Positions 1-14,381 of a stretch of DNA of 64,000 bases are shown piece by piece (within the stretch, counting starts at the first letter, position 1; each line of letters opens with the position of its first letter). Made by a program: the position numbers and the translations under genes. Source of the DNA: Vicugna vicugna (lineage: Eukaryota); the NCBI GenBank assembly GCA_013265495.1, contig MU058241.1:496001-560000 (forward strand), written 5' to 3'. The notes beneath the pieces are model-generated. The model worked only from the letters and a program-made list of their open reading frames with translations, made no database searches and was not told where the DNA came from.

Positions 1-273
1 TGAAGGTGGGCAGTTATCCGACTCAGTAGAACAAACAAATGAGTGACACGTCACAAAACCAGACCCCACCTGCAGTCCCGTCGCTGTCCAAGAGGGGGCA
101 TCATAGGATGCCCGGTGTCACCTACATTACCTGAGGGAAGATGGGTGGGTGGCGGGAATTTTCTCATCTCTGACCAAAGGTGGATAAAGAGAAAAGGTGG
201 GAACTGATGCCATTTATCACTTTTTGTTTTGTTTTTACTCATCACGTTGACATAAGCAATCTCTCCTTCTCCA

Positions 274-347
274 TTTTTTTTTTTTGATGTAGAGTTGATT
301 TACAATGTTGTGTTTCCGGTGTACAGCATAGTGATTCAGTCATATAT

Positions 348-384
<37 letters not shown>

Positions 385-560
385 CACACACACATATATA
401 TATATATATACATTCTTTTTCATATTAGTTTTCATTCTAGGTTATTACAAGATACTGAATATAGTTCCCTGTGCTCTACAGTAGGTCCTTGTTGTTCATT
501 TATTTATATACAGTATTTTATATGTCCCAAACTCCTAATTTATCCCTTTCCCCCTTCCTC
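274..560 (-). mobile_element. L1 3'UTR end with internal (CA)/(TA) microsatellite
   Basis: Poly-T then gatgtagagttgatttacaatgttgtg...atagttccctgtgctctacag, the L1 3'-terminal pattern shared with other copies in the window. Microsatellite ~342-411. Confidence 0.85.
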
Positions 561-3419
561 TACGTTTAATGCCTGGTATAAAATATGCCCAAGCAGTTTT
601 AACCATGCTCGTGTTCCAAATGAAAATTGAGTGGAGTAATCATTCAGACTAGTCTAGATGCCATTGGGCAAACAGGGTATAAATGAACATTAGTTAAATG
701 ATTCAGTAAACATTTATGGACTACTAAATCACTGGACCAGAAGCTCTTTAGAAGCAAGGACTGTGTCTTGTCCACATTGAACCTCTGGTACCCCTCGCAT
801 CAGGGCACACAGTTTCATAGGTTTGTTGTGGAATGGCTGGTTGAGTGAATAACATGTTCTTGTTGTGTATCTAACACAAGAACAAATGAATGAATGCTAT
901 TATCAAGGAGGGGTATGTGGGATACCCATAATGAGGAATGTAGAGGGGTGCCCAGCCTCATAATAGCCTAGTATCGTATCTGTGCTGTAAAAGGTTATGG
1001 CTTATGAATGGCAAATAGCAGAAGTTGAGAGGAGGAAGGCATTAATTCTGCCTTTGGAGGGGTATGGAGGCAGTCCATGATGCCAACAGAGGACTGAGTT
1101 TGAACGGTGAATAGAAGGAAGTTCAACAGGGAGAAAAGGGAGGGCGGGGCACCTTTCCAGGAAGAGCAAATGCGTGGAAACCTGAGTGTGCGTGGCTTGC
1201 TCAGGGAACAGTGAGGTGTCTGTCATGGCTCAAGCCTAAGATTCGCCAAAGGGAGTGGCTCCATAGGGAATACAATTGTAGGGTATAATCAGAATTTAAT
1301 TTTCCTAGGCCTTCATCCTTTTTATTCAGTAGAAAGCTGTTATACTGAATGAAGGGAGAGCCTAGATTTAGTGAGCCCATTAGAGACTGGGGATGTCATT
1401 CAAACAAGATGTGACTGGTTTCTTGAGTGTGGGGACTCTTTGGGGGACAAAGACATTGTAGGGGCAAACATGATGGAGATAGAATGAACCACACCATGCA
1501 ACCTGTGATTGATGGTGTGGAGCAGAGGGAGGGGTCCAAGTTGACAGAAGTTTCTCTCTTACTCCAGAATACTTCTGCCCTTCATTCACCTCTATATCTG
1601 CACCACCCCAGGAGCCTCGGTTAATTACAGTGAGAATACCAGGGATTTGGAGTCACCAAGAGCCACTGGTTATTTTTCCGATCTGAGTGTTTTGAGAAAA
1701 TACTGTTTATAGTTTTGCCAAAATCTTAACCCAATGCAATAATGTCCCATGAATGATTGGAAGATTTTTAACGGGGTGGAGAGGGGATCGTGCATAAAAC
1801 AGAGCAAAAAAGAGTTCACATTTTGATTCCAGAATTAATTGTAGAAGCCCCAGATAATTATTGACAGCTGAGGCACCTTTTCCTCTAGAAGATGGTTATA
1901 TTATTGCTGCAGCATATATCATGTGATTTATTTCATTCTGAAAAGAAATGAGATCTCAGGTGTCCTCAAGAGTACAGGATTAGAGATGGTCCTTGCCAGG
2001 AAGGCTAGATGTGTCATGGGCTGCAGTCTGTGGTACACATGCAGCAGAAGAAAAGATAGCAAACACAGAGTTCCAGTTTTCAGTACCATGAAGGACGCTC
2101 ATGAGACACGAGCAACCTATAAGAAAATAAAACACTTAAGTTGGTAAAATCTAGAAAATGGTTGACTTATGCCAAGATCATAGAGGGTTGGGGGTGGATG
2201 GTGTGTCCTGAGGAAGCATCAGATTTCTTGAGACGGGAGGTGCATGCACACGCACAGATGTCTGTGTGTCTAGACATTTACGTGTATATATTTGTAAGTG
2301 CATATTCTAGGGTTGTAATGTCTTTGATTTTTTTTGGAATTTTAAGTAACGTTAAAGAAGAGCATGCCAATTTTATTTATTCACATGTGACATGTTCCCT
2401 TATATTCCTTTCCCTTTAAATGCTTGGGGAAATTGGTATAAATGTCTGTGGTTTAATTAGCACTGCGAATTAACAGTTTTTTTTTGTCATGTTAGTGATC
2501 AGTTTTGTTCTTACGGGCTTCATGGGTTACCCGGATGTGACCACCAGGGGCTGTTTTCCATGTAATGAAATATTTTACTGCACATTGTTAAGGATTTAGA
2601 AATTGACTTTGAAAGTCTGATATACTGTATAATTGAGCTATGGAAAAAAGAATCATTATTATTCCAGTGGAAAACCTATATGCCAAGGTACCTTGGAGAA
2701 ATTAAATCACAGTATAAGTTTTATCTTAAGCAGTTACGATGACTGTGTTAAAACCAGTAAAATGTGATTTTCAGAGCTTCTTCACTAATATGCTTAAGGA
2801 GATTTGGGGTACTTTTATAGGACACCTTTTCAGAAGAAATACTGAATTTCGGTAAGATTGAAAATGTCATGTAAATTAAGGGACAAAAAATCATACAACT
2901 CCATAGCCACATAAATTGACTTAAAAATACCACTTTATGAGGTGCAAATTTAATTTTTAGAAAAGCGAAGTTATTAATTAACAAAAACATGAGAGAAATT
3001 TCACCTCAGTCTTATGGAACATTGTTAAAGCAGGGCTGTTAGTCTGGGCTGAACAAGGGTCTTGGGGGAGTTTTGACCCTTTTGAATTATATGCAAATTT
3101 TGTGTGTGTGTTTTAGAGAAAGGTCCACATCTAAATGGACGATAAAGACTTTATTCAGTATATCTTTTCTTTCTGGCTCTGTCTCCCTATCACCTAGACT
3201 TGTGTTCATAATGTACTAGGATTCAATTATGCTGTCATTAAATTATAAGTGAATGTCTAAAACTGGAAATTATAGAAACAGTGTCCAAATTTATAACTGA
3301 TGAGAGAGAATTATGTTGTTCATTGAAGAAGAAATCTAGTCACAGGGAAGGTCACTAGGGGCTGGAGAATTTGCAGGGAATCAGAAAAAAAAAAGGAGAG
3401 CAACAGGGTATTTTTGATA

Positions 3420-4110
3420 ATGCACATATTGTAAATTTACAATACGAACTGGTGCATTTTCACTACTGTGAACTTACACATACACTGCCACTCAGATAAG
3501 GCAGCAGAATATCCCCAGCCACGCGGCCCTTCCCGCATGCTCACTGACCGCCTCCCTCTCCACTGGTAACTGCAAAATTGACTTGACACTGTCAGTGACT
3601 TTTGTCTCCTTTGAACTTTACAGACACAGAATCATATAGTATGTTCTCTCTGTGTCCATCTTCTTTCATTCAGTGCTAAGTTTGTGAGATTCTTTCATGT
3701 ACCTGCATGGACCAGTGGTTCCTTGACTCTTATTATTGTCTTGCAGCCTGTTGTAATTTTGCCAGCATTTATTTAGCCGTTCTGCTATCAGTACACGTTT
3801 GAGTTATTTCCCATTTTTTTTCTCGATTACAAATGTTGCTGCTCTGAGTATGTATCTATCTATCTATTTATTTATTTATGAAGTGAAATCCACATAGCAT
3901 ATTAGCCATTTAAAGTGTCCAATTCAGTGGCATTTTGTACATTCACAATGGCGTGCAGCCATCACCTCTATCTAGTTCTGAAATATTTCAACACCTGCAA
4001 ATGCTCTGAATATCTTTGTGTGAGTTTTTGGTGGGTGTATGCATGCACTTCTGTTGTGTGTGTACATAGGCGTGCAATTTCTGGGTCATAGCTCTATGTA
4101 GTTAAAAATA
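3420..4110 (-). mobile_element. Old L1M-type 3' fragments, with a nested short L1MB-like end at ~3865-3995
   Basis: Degenerate L1 3'UTR motifs (gaatcatatagtatg, ttcagtggcattttgtacattcacaatg). Confidence 0.55.
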
Positions 4111-4165
4111 ACTATCATGAAACAGCCGTGTAGCTTAGATATTTCATAGACTAACACTGTTTGGA

Positions 4166-5583
4166 TTTTTTTTAACTTTTTAAAATTGAGTTATAGTCAT
4201 TTTACAATGTTGTGTCAAATTCCAGTGTTCAGCACAATTTTTCAATTATATATGAACATACATACATTCCTTGTCACATTTTTTTTCTCTGTGAGCTACC
4301 ATAAGATCTTGTATATATTTCCCTGTGCTATACAGTATAATCTTTTTATCTATTCTATATTTTGAAATCCCAGTCTGTCCCTTCCCACCACCCCACCACC
4401 CCCTTGGCAACCACAAGTTTGTATTCTCTGTCTGTGAGTCTATTTCTGTCCTGTATTTATGCTTTGTTTTTGTTTGTTTGTTTATTTTTGTTTTTTAGAT
4501 TCCACATATGAGTGATCTCATATGGTATTTTTCTTTCTCTTTCTGGCTTACTTCACTTAGAATGACATTCTCTAGGAACATCCATGTTGCTGCAAATGGC
4601 ATGTTGTCATTTTTATGGCTGAGTAGTATTCCATTGTATAAATATACCACTTCTTCTTTTTCCAGNNNNNNNNNNNNNNNNNNNNNNNNNNNNNNCATTT
4701 GTGGCCTTTTGAATGATGGCCATTCTGACTGGTGTGAGGTGATACCTCATTGTAGTTTTGATTTGCAATTCTCTGATAGTTAGTGATATTGAGCATTTTT
4801 TTATGTGCCTATTGATCATTTGTATGTCTTCCTTGGAGAATTGCTTGTTTAGGTCTTGTGCCCATTTTTAGATTGGGTTGTTTGTTTTTTTCTTATTAAG
4901 TCATATGAGCTGCTTATATATTCTGGAGATCAAGCCTTTGTTGGTTTCATTTGCAAAAATTGTCTCCCATTCCGTAGGTTGTCGTTTTTGTTTTACTTAT
5001 GGTTTCCTTTGCTGTGCAGAAGCTTGTAAGTTTGATTAGGTCCCATTTGTTTATTCTTGTTTTTATTTCTATTGCTTGGGTAGACTGCCCTAGGAGAACA
5101 TTTTTGAGATGTATGTGAGATAATGTTTTGCCTGTATTTTCTTCTAGGAGGTTTAATGTATCCTGTCTTATATTTAAGTCTTTGATCTATTTTGAGTTGA
5201 TTTTTGTGTGTGGTGTAAGGGAGTGTTCTAGCTTCATTGATTTACATGCTGCTGTCCAGTTTTCCCAACACCATTTGCTGAAGAGACTGTCTTTATTCCA
5301 TTGTATATTCTTGCCTCCTTTGTTGAAGATTAGTTGACCAAAAGTTTGTGGGTTCATTTCTGAGCCCTCTGTTCTGTTCCATTGGTCCATATGTCTGTTT
5401 CTGTACCAAAACCATGCTGTCTTGATGACTGTAGCTCTGTAATATTGTCTGAAGTCTGTGAGAGTTATTCCTCCAGCCTCTTTCTTTTTCTTCAGTAATG
5501 TTTTGGCAATTCTGGGTCTTTTGTGGTTCTATATAAATTTTATTATGATTTGTTCTAGTTCTGTGGAATATGTCCTGGATAAT
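4166..5583 (-). mobile_element. 5'-truncated LINE-1 (ORF2 3' part and 3'UTR), related to the 34.7-kb copy; contains an assembly gap
   Basis: Colinear with ~34690-36320. ORF fragments [25 protein letters not shown] and [31 protein letters not shown], with frameshifts. Confidence 0.95.
4666..4695. other. Assembly gap (30 N)
   Basis: Run of N inside the L1. Confidence 1.
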
Positions 5584-5767
5584 AGTATTCTTCATTGCAG
5601 ACAATTTGGACAGTTCATAAATTCACAAAGTAAAGAGCAAAAATCATCTATATTGCTGGCATCCTGAGATAGCCACTCTTAGTGTCTCAGGGAGCCCTAG
5701 ATCATTTTTTATGTGCACAGTTCCCTTACTGCTTTTAAATCATCTTGTGTTTACTTAATTGTGCCTT

Positions 5768-5977
5768 CTTTTTTTTAACATTTTTTATTGATTTATAATC
5801 ATTTTACAATGTTGTGTCAAATTCCAGTGTTCAGCACAATTTTTCAGTCATTCATGGACATATACACACTCATTGTCACATTTTTTTCTCTGTGAGTTAT
5901 CATAACATTTTGTGTATATTTCCCTGTGCTATACAGTATAATCTTGTTTATCTGTTCTACAATTTTGAAATCCCAGT
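5768..5977 (-). mobile_element. Very short young L1 3' end (~210 bp)
   Basis: Near-identical to ~34690-34896 (ttttttaacattttttattgatttataatc...ttttgaaatcccagt). Confidence 0.93.
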
Positions 5978-6954
5978 GTGGTTGCTTCTTTAGAAAATAT
6001 TTTTGATGGTTTAGTAGTCATTCCATGATACATATCTATCTATCATGATTTATTTTCCTGTTTTTGGACTTAAAGCTCACTTTTAATTTTTCACTGTTTT
6101 AAATACAAAGGATATAAATCAGTGTGCACCCATCTTTGTGGATATGTATCTCTAGTTATTTTCTTACAGTTTCTTCACAGAGGTGGAATTGCCGGGACTG
6201 AGGGTACTATCAGTCTTAAGGTTTGGTGGATATTTCCACACTGCCCATAGGAGGATTTACCAGTCTGTGTCTCCTCTTAGCAGTGGACGGGACCTGTGAA
6301 TCACTGTTTCTCCAACTTAGCTTCTGCTGGTGGTCTAATAAAAGTTACCGGGTAATTTGTTTAGCATAGGTTATACTGGAAATTGTATGTGTCCTAAAAT
6401 ACAACAGCCAGGTTGTTTACACAGAAACACATCACTTTCCAGTGGTAGAGATGAAAACAGAAGTTTAAAAAATACTACAATGGTTCAAAAAGAAATATGC
6501 TGAGCTATAGGCATTGTAAATATTTATCAGACTAGTGGTGCATAGAATGTTCTGGAACTGTCTCCTGTGCCCCCATTCTCATCTAAAATTTTTAACAGCG
6601 TTGTTTTACTATTGATACAGATAGTCATGCTGTGCCTGTAACCTGCTGGCTATTATTTTTAAAACATCACACCGTTATTGTCTTCCGCAAGCATACAATT
6701 TAGTAGGGGAATCTTACTTTAAGCTCATAAAAGAGCTAAACGACATTATAGGAAATGAATAAGAGTTCAAGACAACAGTAGGAGCATTTTCACGAGGCAT
6801 TTGTTGATAATAATCATGTGAGTCTCAAAGACGGATGGCTGTTATGACAAAGGGGGAGAATTAGACAGATTCGAAAGGAAAGGAAGGATTGTTCAACGTT
6901 GGGTAGGTCTTCTAGGAGTTTTGAAAAGTGTCCCAAAAGACAAAAACTCAAGAA

Positions 6955-7432
6955 TTTTTTTTTCTGCTTCACTGAGGTATAATTGACAAAATTTTAAGAT
7001 ATTAAAAAGTGTACAGTATGATTATACACACACACACAGCCATCACTTCTACTCTCCTTCCTTCTTTCCTTTCTTCCTTCCCGCCTTCCTTTCTTTTTGG
7101 GGGAAGAACAATTAAGTTCTGCTTTCACAGAGAACTTCAATGATATAATACAGTATTATCAACTCTAGCCACCATATTGTACATTAGATTCTCAGACCTT
7201 ATTCATCTTAAAACTGAAAGTTTGTACATCTTTACCAGCATCTCGCTATTCCCCCCTGGTACCCCAACACTTTGTTGCTTTGAGTTCGACTTCTTTCCTT
7301 CAGACTCCACCTGTAAGTGAGGTGATGCAGTATTTGTCTTTCTCTGGCTGGCTTTGTTTCACTTAGCGTAAGTCTAGATTCATCCATGTTGTCTCATGTG
7401 GCAGATTTTCCTTCTTTTTTATGGCTGAGTAA
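6955..7432 (-). mobile_element. Older L1 (L1MA-like) 3' end
   Basis: ttcactgaggtataattgac...cttattcatctta...tttttatggctgagtaa, typical of an antisense L1 3'UTR. Confidence 0.75.
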
Positions 7433-8199
7433 GTCAAGGCATTTTGGAAAAGTGCAATTAAACCTTTGTTCACTTGGATTCAAGGACTGAGATCTTTTAA
7501 AATCTGAGTCCCGGAGTTGAAGAGAGTAGGATGAGAAGGAGTCCAGTGGCACTGAGTGGCCAGGCACTGATCTCAGTGCAGATTGGCTCATGAAATCGCG
7601 CTTCTCCTGTAGGCCAGGTCTCAGGGGATGGTGAAATGGAAATGTAAAGGAAGAGAGAGATGTGTGCAGCGGGAAGGACACTTTTGAAGCACAACGGGAC
7701 TAGCTGATTGCAAGGCTAGAAGCAGTGGACATAAAATGAGCCACCGGGGAAGTTCCTGCGCATGGGTCAGGAGGAGCAATAACGGTCCACAGACAGAAGT
7801 GTGCAGGCGCCTTTGGCTGACATAGTGATTTTGCTTTGTGCTCGCCATGGTCATCCTCATGACTGCCCCTGAAATGACTGAAGGTTTCCCGGCGAAGACA
7901 ACAGAAGGAAGGTGCTACCGTATGTTGTAGGTTTTTGCAAATTTGCATGTGCACACTTGTTCAGGAAATTACGGTAGAGCATCAGGTACATGTGGGTGTT
8001 ACAGCAGCTAAGGGAATTATGAAAATGCATCAAAGACCAGAGCGTTCAGAATGCTACTTCTCTCCTACTCTACTCCCCACCCCACGGCCCAAAGCTTTAC
8101 TGAGCATCCTTAGGGCTCCAACTATTTATTCTGCAGTTTAACAGATGGAAGGAAGGTATCATACATTTATTCTACCTTTTCTGAATGGATTTTACTTCA

Positions 8200-9240
8200 A
8201 GGTAACCAGACAGTCAATGATGGAAAGCTATTCTTTGTAGAGAATCACATTAATAAACGAAGGCGGGATAGTAGAATTAGAATGTCACACTTCGCTACCC
8301 CTAACGGCGTCGTACATCAAGGCAGTGATCATCTGTGGCTGCTAAAATCTTTAGGTGAAAGGTTGATGGGAGCTTTCAGGGTGACCCTTCCCGAAGCCCA
8401 GGTCAGTCTTACCCATATGGGCAGTGCCTCCTGCCAGGATGCAGTAAGAAGTACCTAGCGCCACCAAGGAAGTATTCTTGCCCACCTCCCCACCAACAAT
8501 CAACCCTAAATCTAATCAAGTTTTAGAACTAAGCAGCACTTTATATAAAAACACACATGACAAAGGAGCATGTACACAATCGCCCGAAGAACACAACCTG
8601 CAACACCTAGAATGTGGGAAGTCTTTTAGGAAAACTGACTCAGACTCTTAAAGATATAAATAACATAGGAGAACAGTGCTGGGGAGCTGTTGTAGACGGA
8701 AAGATGTTTAGGTGACGTATCACTCATGCGAATCCTGACTCGAATCAGGATTAACTGCAGAATTAATTACGGAAACTTTATCCTTTTTTTTTTTCAGAAA
8801 GTCAAGAAAAAAATGAATATGGTTTATTTTAAATGGTACTAAGGGATACTTGTTAACTGTGTTTGCTGTGGTAGTGTGGTTAAGTTTTTTAAAGCCCGTA
8901 TTAATTAGAGATACATGGTGAAGGGGTTATAGGTAAATGATGGTATTTGGACTCAGAGGGTAACCGACCATTCTGGTCAGCCTGGGACTGAGTGGATTCC
9001 TGAGATATGGGACTTTCAGTGATAAGATTGGGGTGGTCCATGGAAAACATGGACAGTGGGTCACTCTGAGGTTTGCTTTAAAATGCTCCATTAAAGGAAA
9101 AATAGGTAGCACCTACGAAAACTGTTGATGGTGAAATTGGGCAATGGACACCGAGAGGTTTTTGACTCTATTCTGTCTATTTGGGGCTCGGTTTGAGGAT
9201 TTTTGTTACAATAAAAAATAATAAGATAGTAAAAAAAAAA
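8200..9240 (+). mobile_element. Old L1MC/ME-like 3' region fragments
   Basis: Degenerate motifs (aatgatggaaagctattctttgtag, aaaggttgatggg, aaatctaatcaag) ending in an A-rich tail at ~9210-9246. Confidence 0.45.
8954..9068. mobile_element. MER81-like hAT-Blackjack MITE (~115 bp)
   Basis: Inverted termini agggtaacc...ggtcactct; internal gggactgag...gggactttcagtg matches the recalled consensus. Confidence 0.65.
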
Positions 9241-11529
9241 TAAAAAGATCTCTACTTTTAGTAGTGTTTCTGAATTGTAAGGGTGCCTTTTCTCTGTTTT
9301 ATCATTATCCGGGGAATCAAGGAGTCAAAATAGGAAGGAATCTCAGGGAATTTGTGGATGTGCTGAAGGCCACTGAACTTTTGGCAAAGATGCATGAAGC
9401 CAAAGAGATGTCCTTCTAGCTGGACCATGGGCATTCAAACCCACTGCACACACCACGGCAAGGATTTATTTACCGGCTAGACAATAGCGAACTGAGGAGA
9501 GAGTTTATTTACGGAGAACGTTGCATCTGAGACTTGGTGTGAGGTCTTGTTGGAAGTACAGGGCTGATAGGCTCACGTAGCATCTTTCTCCAAGGAGTGC
9601 TCTCTGCTGCAAGTTAATTCTGCACTGCTGAACCTGAGGTACACAGCAGATAGGTATTTTTGAGACATTGAATTGGATCTTTTGAGTTCAAATGGCAGTT
9701 TAATGGCACAAGGGAGAATTTGTGAAGGAAACGGAGACTCCTGCCACGTAATCTAATATTTGACAAGCTTTAGACAAACGTTTTGACAACTGTCAGGTCA
9801 GTGTTTGACAAGTGTTTAGATTGTCCATCCTGAAAGAGGCAGTCAGATGCCAGGTCACCTGGATAATGTTAGGTAAAGTAAAATGTGTCAGATTACAGTC
9901 AGCCCCAGGTATTTTCACTTTCTTGTTGGATATAAGTTGACATTGTGCTGATTTCGAAAAACCCTTTTGGCTTACGTCGGTAAAGGGAACGTGAGAAGAG
10001 CAAAGGTGCCTGAAAATGAGAGCTGGGAGGAGCAAGCCACCCCGGTTGCCGGCTTCAGGGCTTCGTGGGGGTCAGCACAGGGTGCCCGTCCACTGTGGGT
10101 TTGCAGACCTGCTCCTGCCCAGGCCTCCTGCCCCTGGGGGGGCTTGAGGGGAGAGATCATGGGTACGAAATTGTCCCCAAAATGGCATCATTGGCTTGAT
10201 GTAGTTTTTGATGGAGCAACAAAGTATAGAAAGAAGAGGCTCAGAAGCAAGAAATTCCCTAATTTCCTCAGGTCACCCTTTTTTGTTTTGATGGATTCAT
10301 ACACCACATGCCCATTTGAAAGAGGATCCTAGTTAACAAGCAATAACTAATCAATGATGATGATTGTTTTATTGAGTACCTACTTATGTGATATGTGCTC
10401 CATTCAGCAATTTCACACTGACACTCACTCCTGAGAACCAGGTGGGTGAAACCATACCTTTTTTTAGAGAGGAAGTAATTGGCTGAGGCACCTTGAGAAT
10501 TTTTTTTTTTTTAACATTAAGAAGTTTATTAACTTGGAAGGAGCAGGCTGTGAGGCCTGGCTGATTTCACAGAAACTTTTTCAGGTGAATTGTGACACCA
10601 AAAAGAGTGTATACAATATTTTTTACTATCAGTTATGCAGTATGTATAAAAATAAAATTGTGGCCCGTTCTTCAGTGTGTATGTAATTTTCATGTAATAT
10701 ATAAATTACTAAAAATAGTCATCTACATATCAGTCATCTATGTAAGTATATTAGACTAGGGGGAAGTTACGTGGTTTGTTCCTTAAAGGGGAAAAAAGCA
10801 CAAACCTTTGCATCAAGCCATTATTTGCTGATATTATTTGCTAGTTTGGCAATTTCACTTTCGGTTTTTTTGTTTTTCCTTTTTACTCTCTGTCAGTATT
10901 AATGTGGGTAACCTACCTATATGGTGCTGCTTCAATAATGAAGAAAAAGATTAATAATTGTAAAACACCTTTTAAGTGAACTCCAGGGGAAAAATTCATC
11001 ATGTATGTAAAGTGTAAAGAGAATTCCTTGATTTAAACATTTGGATGTAATGCCAATACTGATTTTTAAAGTCCCCCCCACCGCCCTTTTGTCACTATGG
11101 AAACATTGTTTTTCTGTTTGAGGGTATTTGGGAATGAAAGGATGGTGTTACTGCCACCGTGTGTTGCATTTCTTAAATGTCATTCAACTACTTAGAGAAG
11201 AATGGAAATAAAGCCCCAGATTTCCAGCCCTTGGGTTTCACTAAGTAGAGAAAGCTCTTCATCTCAGATAAATGCCTTCTTTTCTTCGTCCAAGGATGAG
11301 AATTATAAATATGTTTTAAATTCACTTAATGAATATTTAAATTGAAAATCCAACAAAGCATCTGCTTGGTCACTTCTCTTCACACAGAAGAATCACTCTT
11401 TAAGTCTAGCAACAGATTATTTGTTTCTTCTTCACCTCATTGCATCAAAACATTACTTAGTTATCTTAATAACTTTATTTAGGTAATAAAGTTGCCTATA
11501 TTATTTGAAAGCTGTTCATGTTATAAATG

Positions 11530-11852
11530 ATTGGTACCAACTCATTTTATTACACTTTGTATCACCTTATTGTGCTCTGCAGATAAACTTTGGTCTTTAC
11601 AAATTGAAAGCTTGTGGCAGCCCTGGGTTGTCAGATGATGGTTCGCACTTTTTAGCAATAAATCACTTTAAAAGTAAGGGATGTACATTGTAGATATACT
11701 GCTCTTGTGCACTTAATAGACAAGGGTATAATCTAAGTGTAACTTTTGTCAGCACTGAGAAACAAAAAAATGTGTGTAACTTGCTTTATTGCAGTATTGG
11801 CTTTATTGCAGTGGTCTGGAATCAAACCTGCAGTCTCTCCAAGGGATGCCTG
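11530..11852 (-). mobile_element. Tigger1-derived non-autonomous DNA transposon
   Basis: Ends gctttattgcagtggtctggaatcaaacctgcagtctctccaagggatgcctg followed by TA, the reverse complement of the Tigger1 5' terminus. Confidence 0.85.
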
Positions 11853-12353
11853 TATATTTGGGTTTGGAAAGTTGCTCTTCGAAATGCTTTTGGGCTACAA
11901 GAGTAGCAAAGCCATGAGGACTTGGACCGGGAGGGGATTTCTCTGCCCATCTGTCCGGAACCCACTCCGGTTTTCGGGAATACTCTCTGAAGGGATCTTG
12001 CCACCCTGTGCAATGTCTAGCACGCTTCAGTGACATCTAAAATTTTACTCAGCATTTTAACTAATTGGAAAAAGATCATTTCCAGCATATTGTAAATATA
12101 GATATCTTAGCACAAAACTGTAATATCACTCTTTTAAACATGTTCAGTGTAATCTAAATGCCATAGCAATTTGATACCTATTATAAATAGTTCAAAACCC
12201 TAAAGAAGTGCTTTCCTAACAGGATGAAATTTTACATCATTTGTTTTCTTCCTTCAGTTTTAGTGTCCATTCCAATTTCTGCAGAGAATTTTATCTTAAA
12301 GTAATATTATATGATGCTTGAAAATCTTTTATTGATAACTTATTTTTACTTAC

Positions 12354-12717
12354 TGCCATGGTCTGAATGACTGTACCCTCCCCCTACCCTCAATTCATAT
12401 GTTGAAAGGCTAACCTCTAGTATTATGGTATTTAGAGCTGGGACTTTGGGGTGATGATCAGATCATGAGGGTGGAACCTCATGAAAATGGGATTAGTGCC
12501 CTTATAAGTGAGACTGCAGAGAACACCCTCATTCTACACCCACCCCTCCACCTTGTGAGGACTCAGCTGTGAACCAGGAAGAGGGCCCTCCCCTGACCAT
12601 TCCTCGTGCTTTGATCTTGGACTTCCAGACTTCAGAACTATGAGAGAGAAATTTCTGTTGTTTATATGCCTCCCAGTTTTTGACATTTTATTATAGCAGC
12701 CTGAACAGACTAAGACA
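12354..12717 (+). mobile_element. MaLR solo LTR (MLT1A-like)
   Basis: TG...CA ends (tgccatggtctgaatg...cagactaagaca); gggattagtgcccttataag; near-match 5-bp TSD cttac/tttac. Confidence 0.88.
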
Positions 12718-12997
12718 TTTACTTAAAACGAAAATATATAAATTATTTTAAATGTTATTTTTAAAATATATCTTGGAACCGTAAGACTGAAGAGTTTAAA
12801 AAGTTTCCTCCAGCTTGTGTTGTCATTGCATTTATTATTGGCATAGAGTTGATCAAAGCAACATAAACATTGTTTAATTAAAACATTCATGATTATTATT
12901 TTTTAACATTTATGATTATTAAATGAAATTTATGTAATTCAGTGAGATAAGTGGAGGTTCTTCTCTTCTTTTAAATTTATGTATATACCCACGTAGA

Positions 12998-13200
12998 AAT
13001 GTTTCTCAATTTGGACACTCTTGACATTTCGGCCAAGTAATTCCTTGGGGAGAAAGGAGTTTTTTGCATGTGGGATTTCTAGCCGCATCTCTGGCCTCTT
13101 CCACTAGATGTCAGTAGTACCTACCCAGTTGTGGCGTCCGAAAATGCCTACAGACCCTGCCAAATCTGTCCTGGGGAGTAAACGCACCCCCCACCCCCAG
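12998..13200. mobile_element. MER20-like hAT-Charlie element
   Basis: tttctcaatttggacactcttgacatt...ctggcctcttccactagatgtcagtag...cagaccctgccaaat. Confidence 0.75.
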
Positions 13201-14245
13201 GTACCCCTGTTGGTGGTTCCGTTTGGTCATCCTTCAGGTTTGTGAAAACAAACACTTGGAAATACCGATCTTTAAAAGAATGTACTAACCATCACTAAGT
13301 TCATTTTCTCAAATTCTCATAATTAAACCAAAAAAAGTTATAATCAGACCTATAAAATAATGATTTATTGTATATTTTCCCCTTAGAGGTACTCTTTTAA
13401 CCCAGTAAACAGAGTTGAGAACATTCTAAATATTGTTGAATTACAGTAAACTTTCCCCAACACTCCTTTTTTTTTTTTTTTTGGATAAAAATGTGCCCTA
13501 TGTATGCTTTTGTCCAAACCTTGGATCCATGTATAAGGCTTTCTCAGTAAATGAGAAATTTCTACTTTGTAACCTAATTAGCGAATCCGCCTTTTTTTCC
13601 AAAGTAATCAACCATATCAGACTTCCTTTCTGTCAAAACATTCAGATGAAATAGTTCAAGTGAAGTGAGTGAGATAATTTGTGTTTCAAAGAGCATCATA
13701 ATACCTACTGAGAATAAATTACAGTAGGCACTTGTAAGACTAATTACCAAGAGCAATAAAGAGCTAATATAATGAATTTATCCATTTTTATTGGAGGTTA
13801 TATGTAACAAGAGTAAATCTATGTCCTGTTTCTCATTATTTGACTTGTAGTAATGCAATGTGATGTGTTGTGTAAAACTGGAAGTTCTTATAAAGCGAGG
13901 GGTATGATAAATGACGTGTGTATGCTGGCGTTAGGCTTTTGGGAATAATTAATTAAGAACATCTATAAAGATTCAGACATAACTCCATTAATTCTGTGAG
14001 ACATCATGATCTTACTTTTCCTCTTTATGTAATGAAAAAGATGAAAAACGAAAAATCGATCATCCAAGCAGCCTCTATGTTTTATCTCTTATTAATGAAA
14101 AGGAAAATATTAAACATTTTGTAAGATGAAATAAGGTGAGATTAGCTGTAACTGAAGTAAATACACTATTGCTTATTTTGATAAAGTAGGTTTTCATTGT
14201 TATTGGATAACACATCAAATCCGAAAGAAATCGAGATTTAAAAAA

Positions 14246-14381
14246 TTTTTATTTTTATTTTTCTGGGGGAGGCAATTAGGTTTTTATTTATTTCTTTAAT
14301 GGAGTTACTGGGGATTGAACTCAGGACCTCATGCCTGCTAAATAAGCACATGCTCTACCACTGAAATACATCCTCCCCCCC
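14246..14381 (-). mobile_element. tRNA-derived SINE, camelid vic-1 type
   Basis: Reverse complement reads GGGGGAGGATGTATTTCAGTGGTAGAGCATGTGCTT...GAGGTCCTGAGTTCAATCCCCAGTAACTCC with A/B boxes, then the AATAAA...CCTAATTGCCTCCCCC tail typical of camelid SINEs. Confidence 0.82.

Noticed and set aside
4661..4700. Possible TCCAG microhomology deletion across the N gap
   Set aside because: The right flank aligns better to the second cattt of the intact L1 (~35453), and the bases are unknown; cannot be supported.
14300..14381. tRNA-like sequence with A and B boxes
   Set aside because: It is the head of a SINE with tail and internal mutations, not a functional tRNA.
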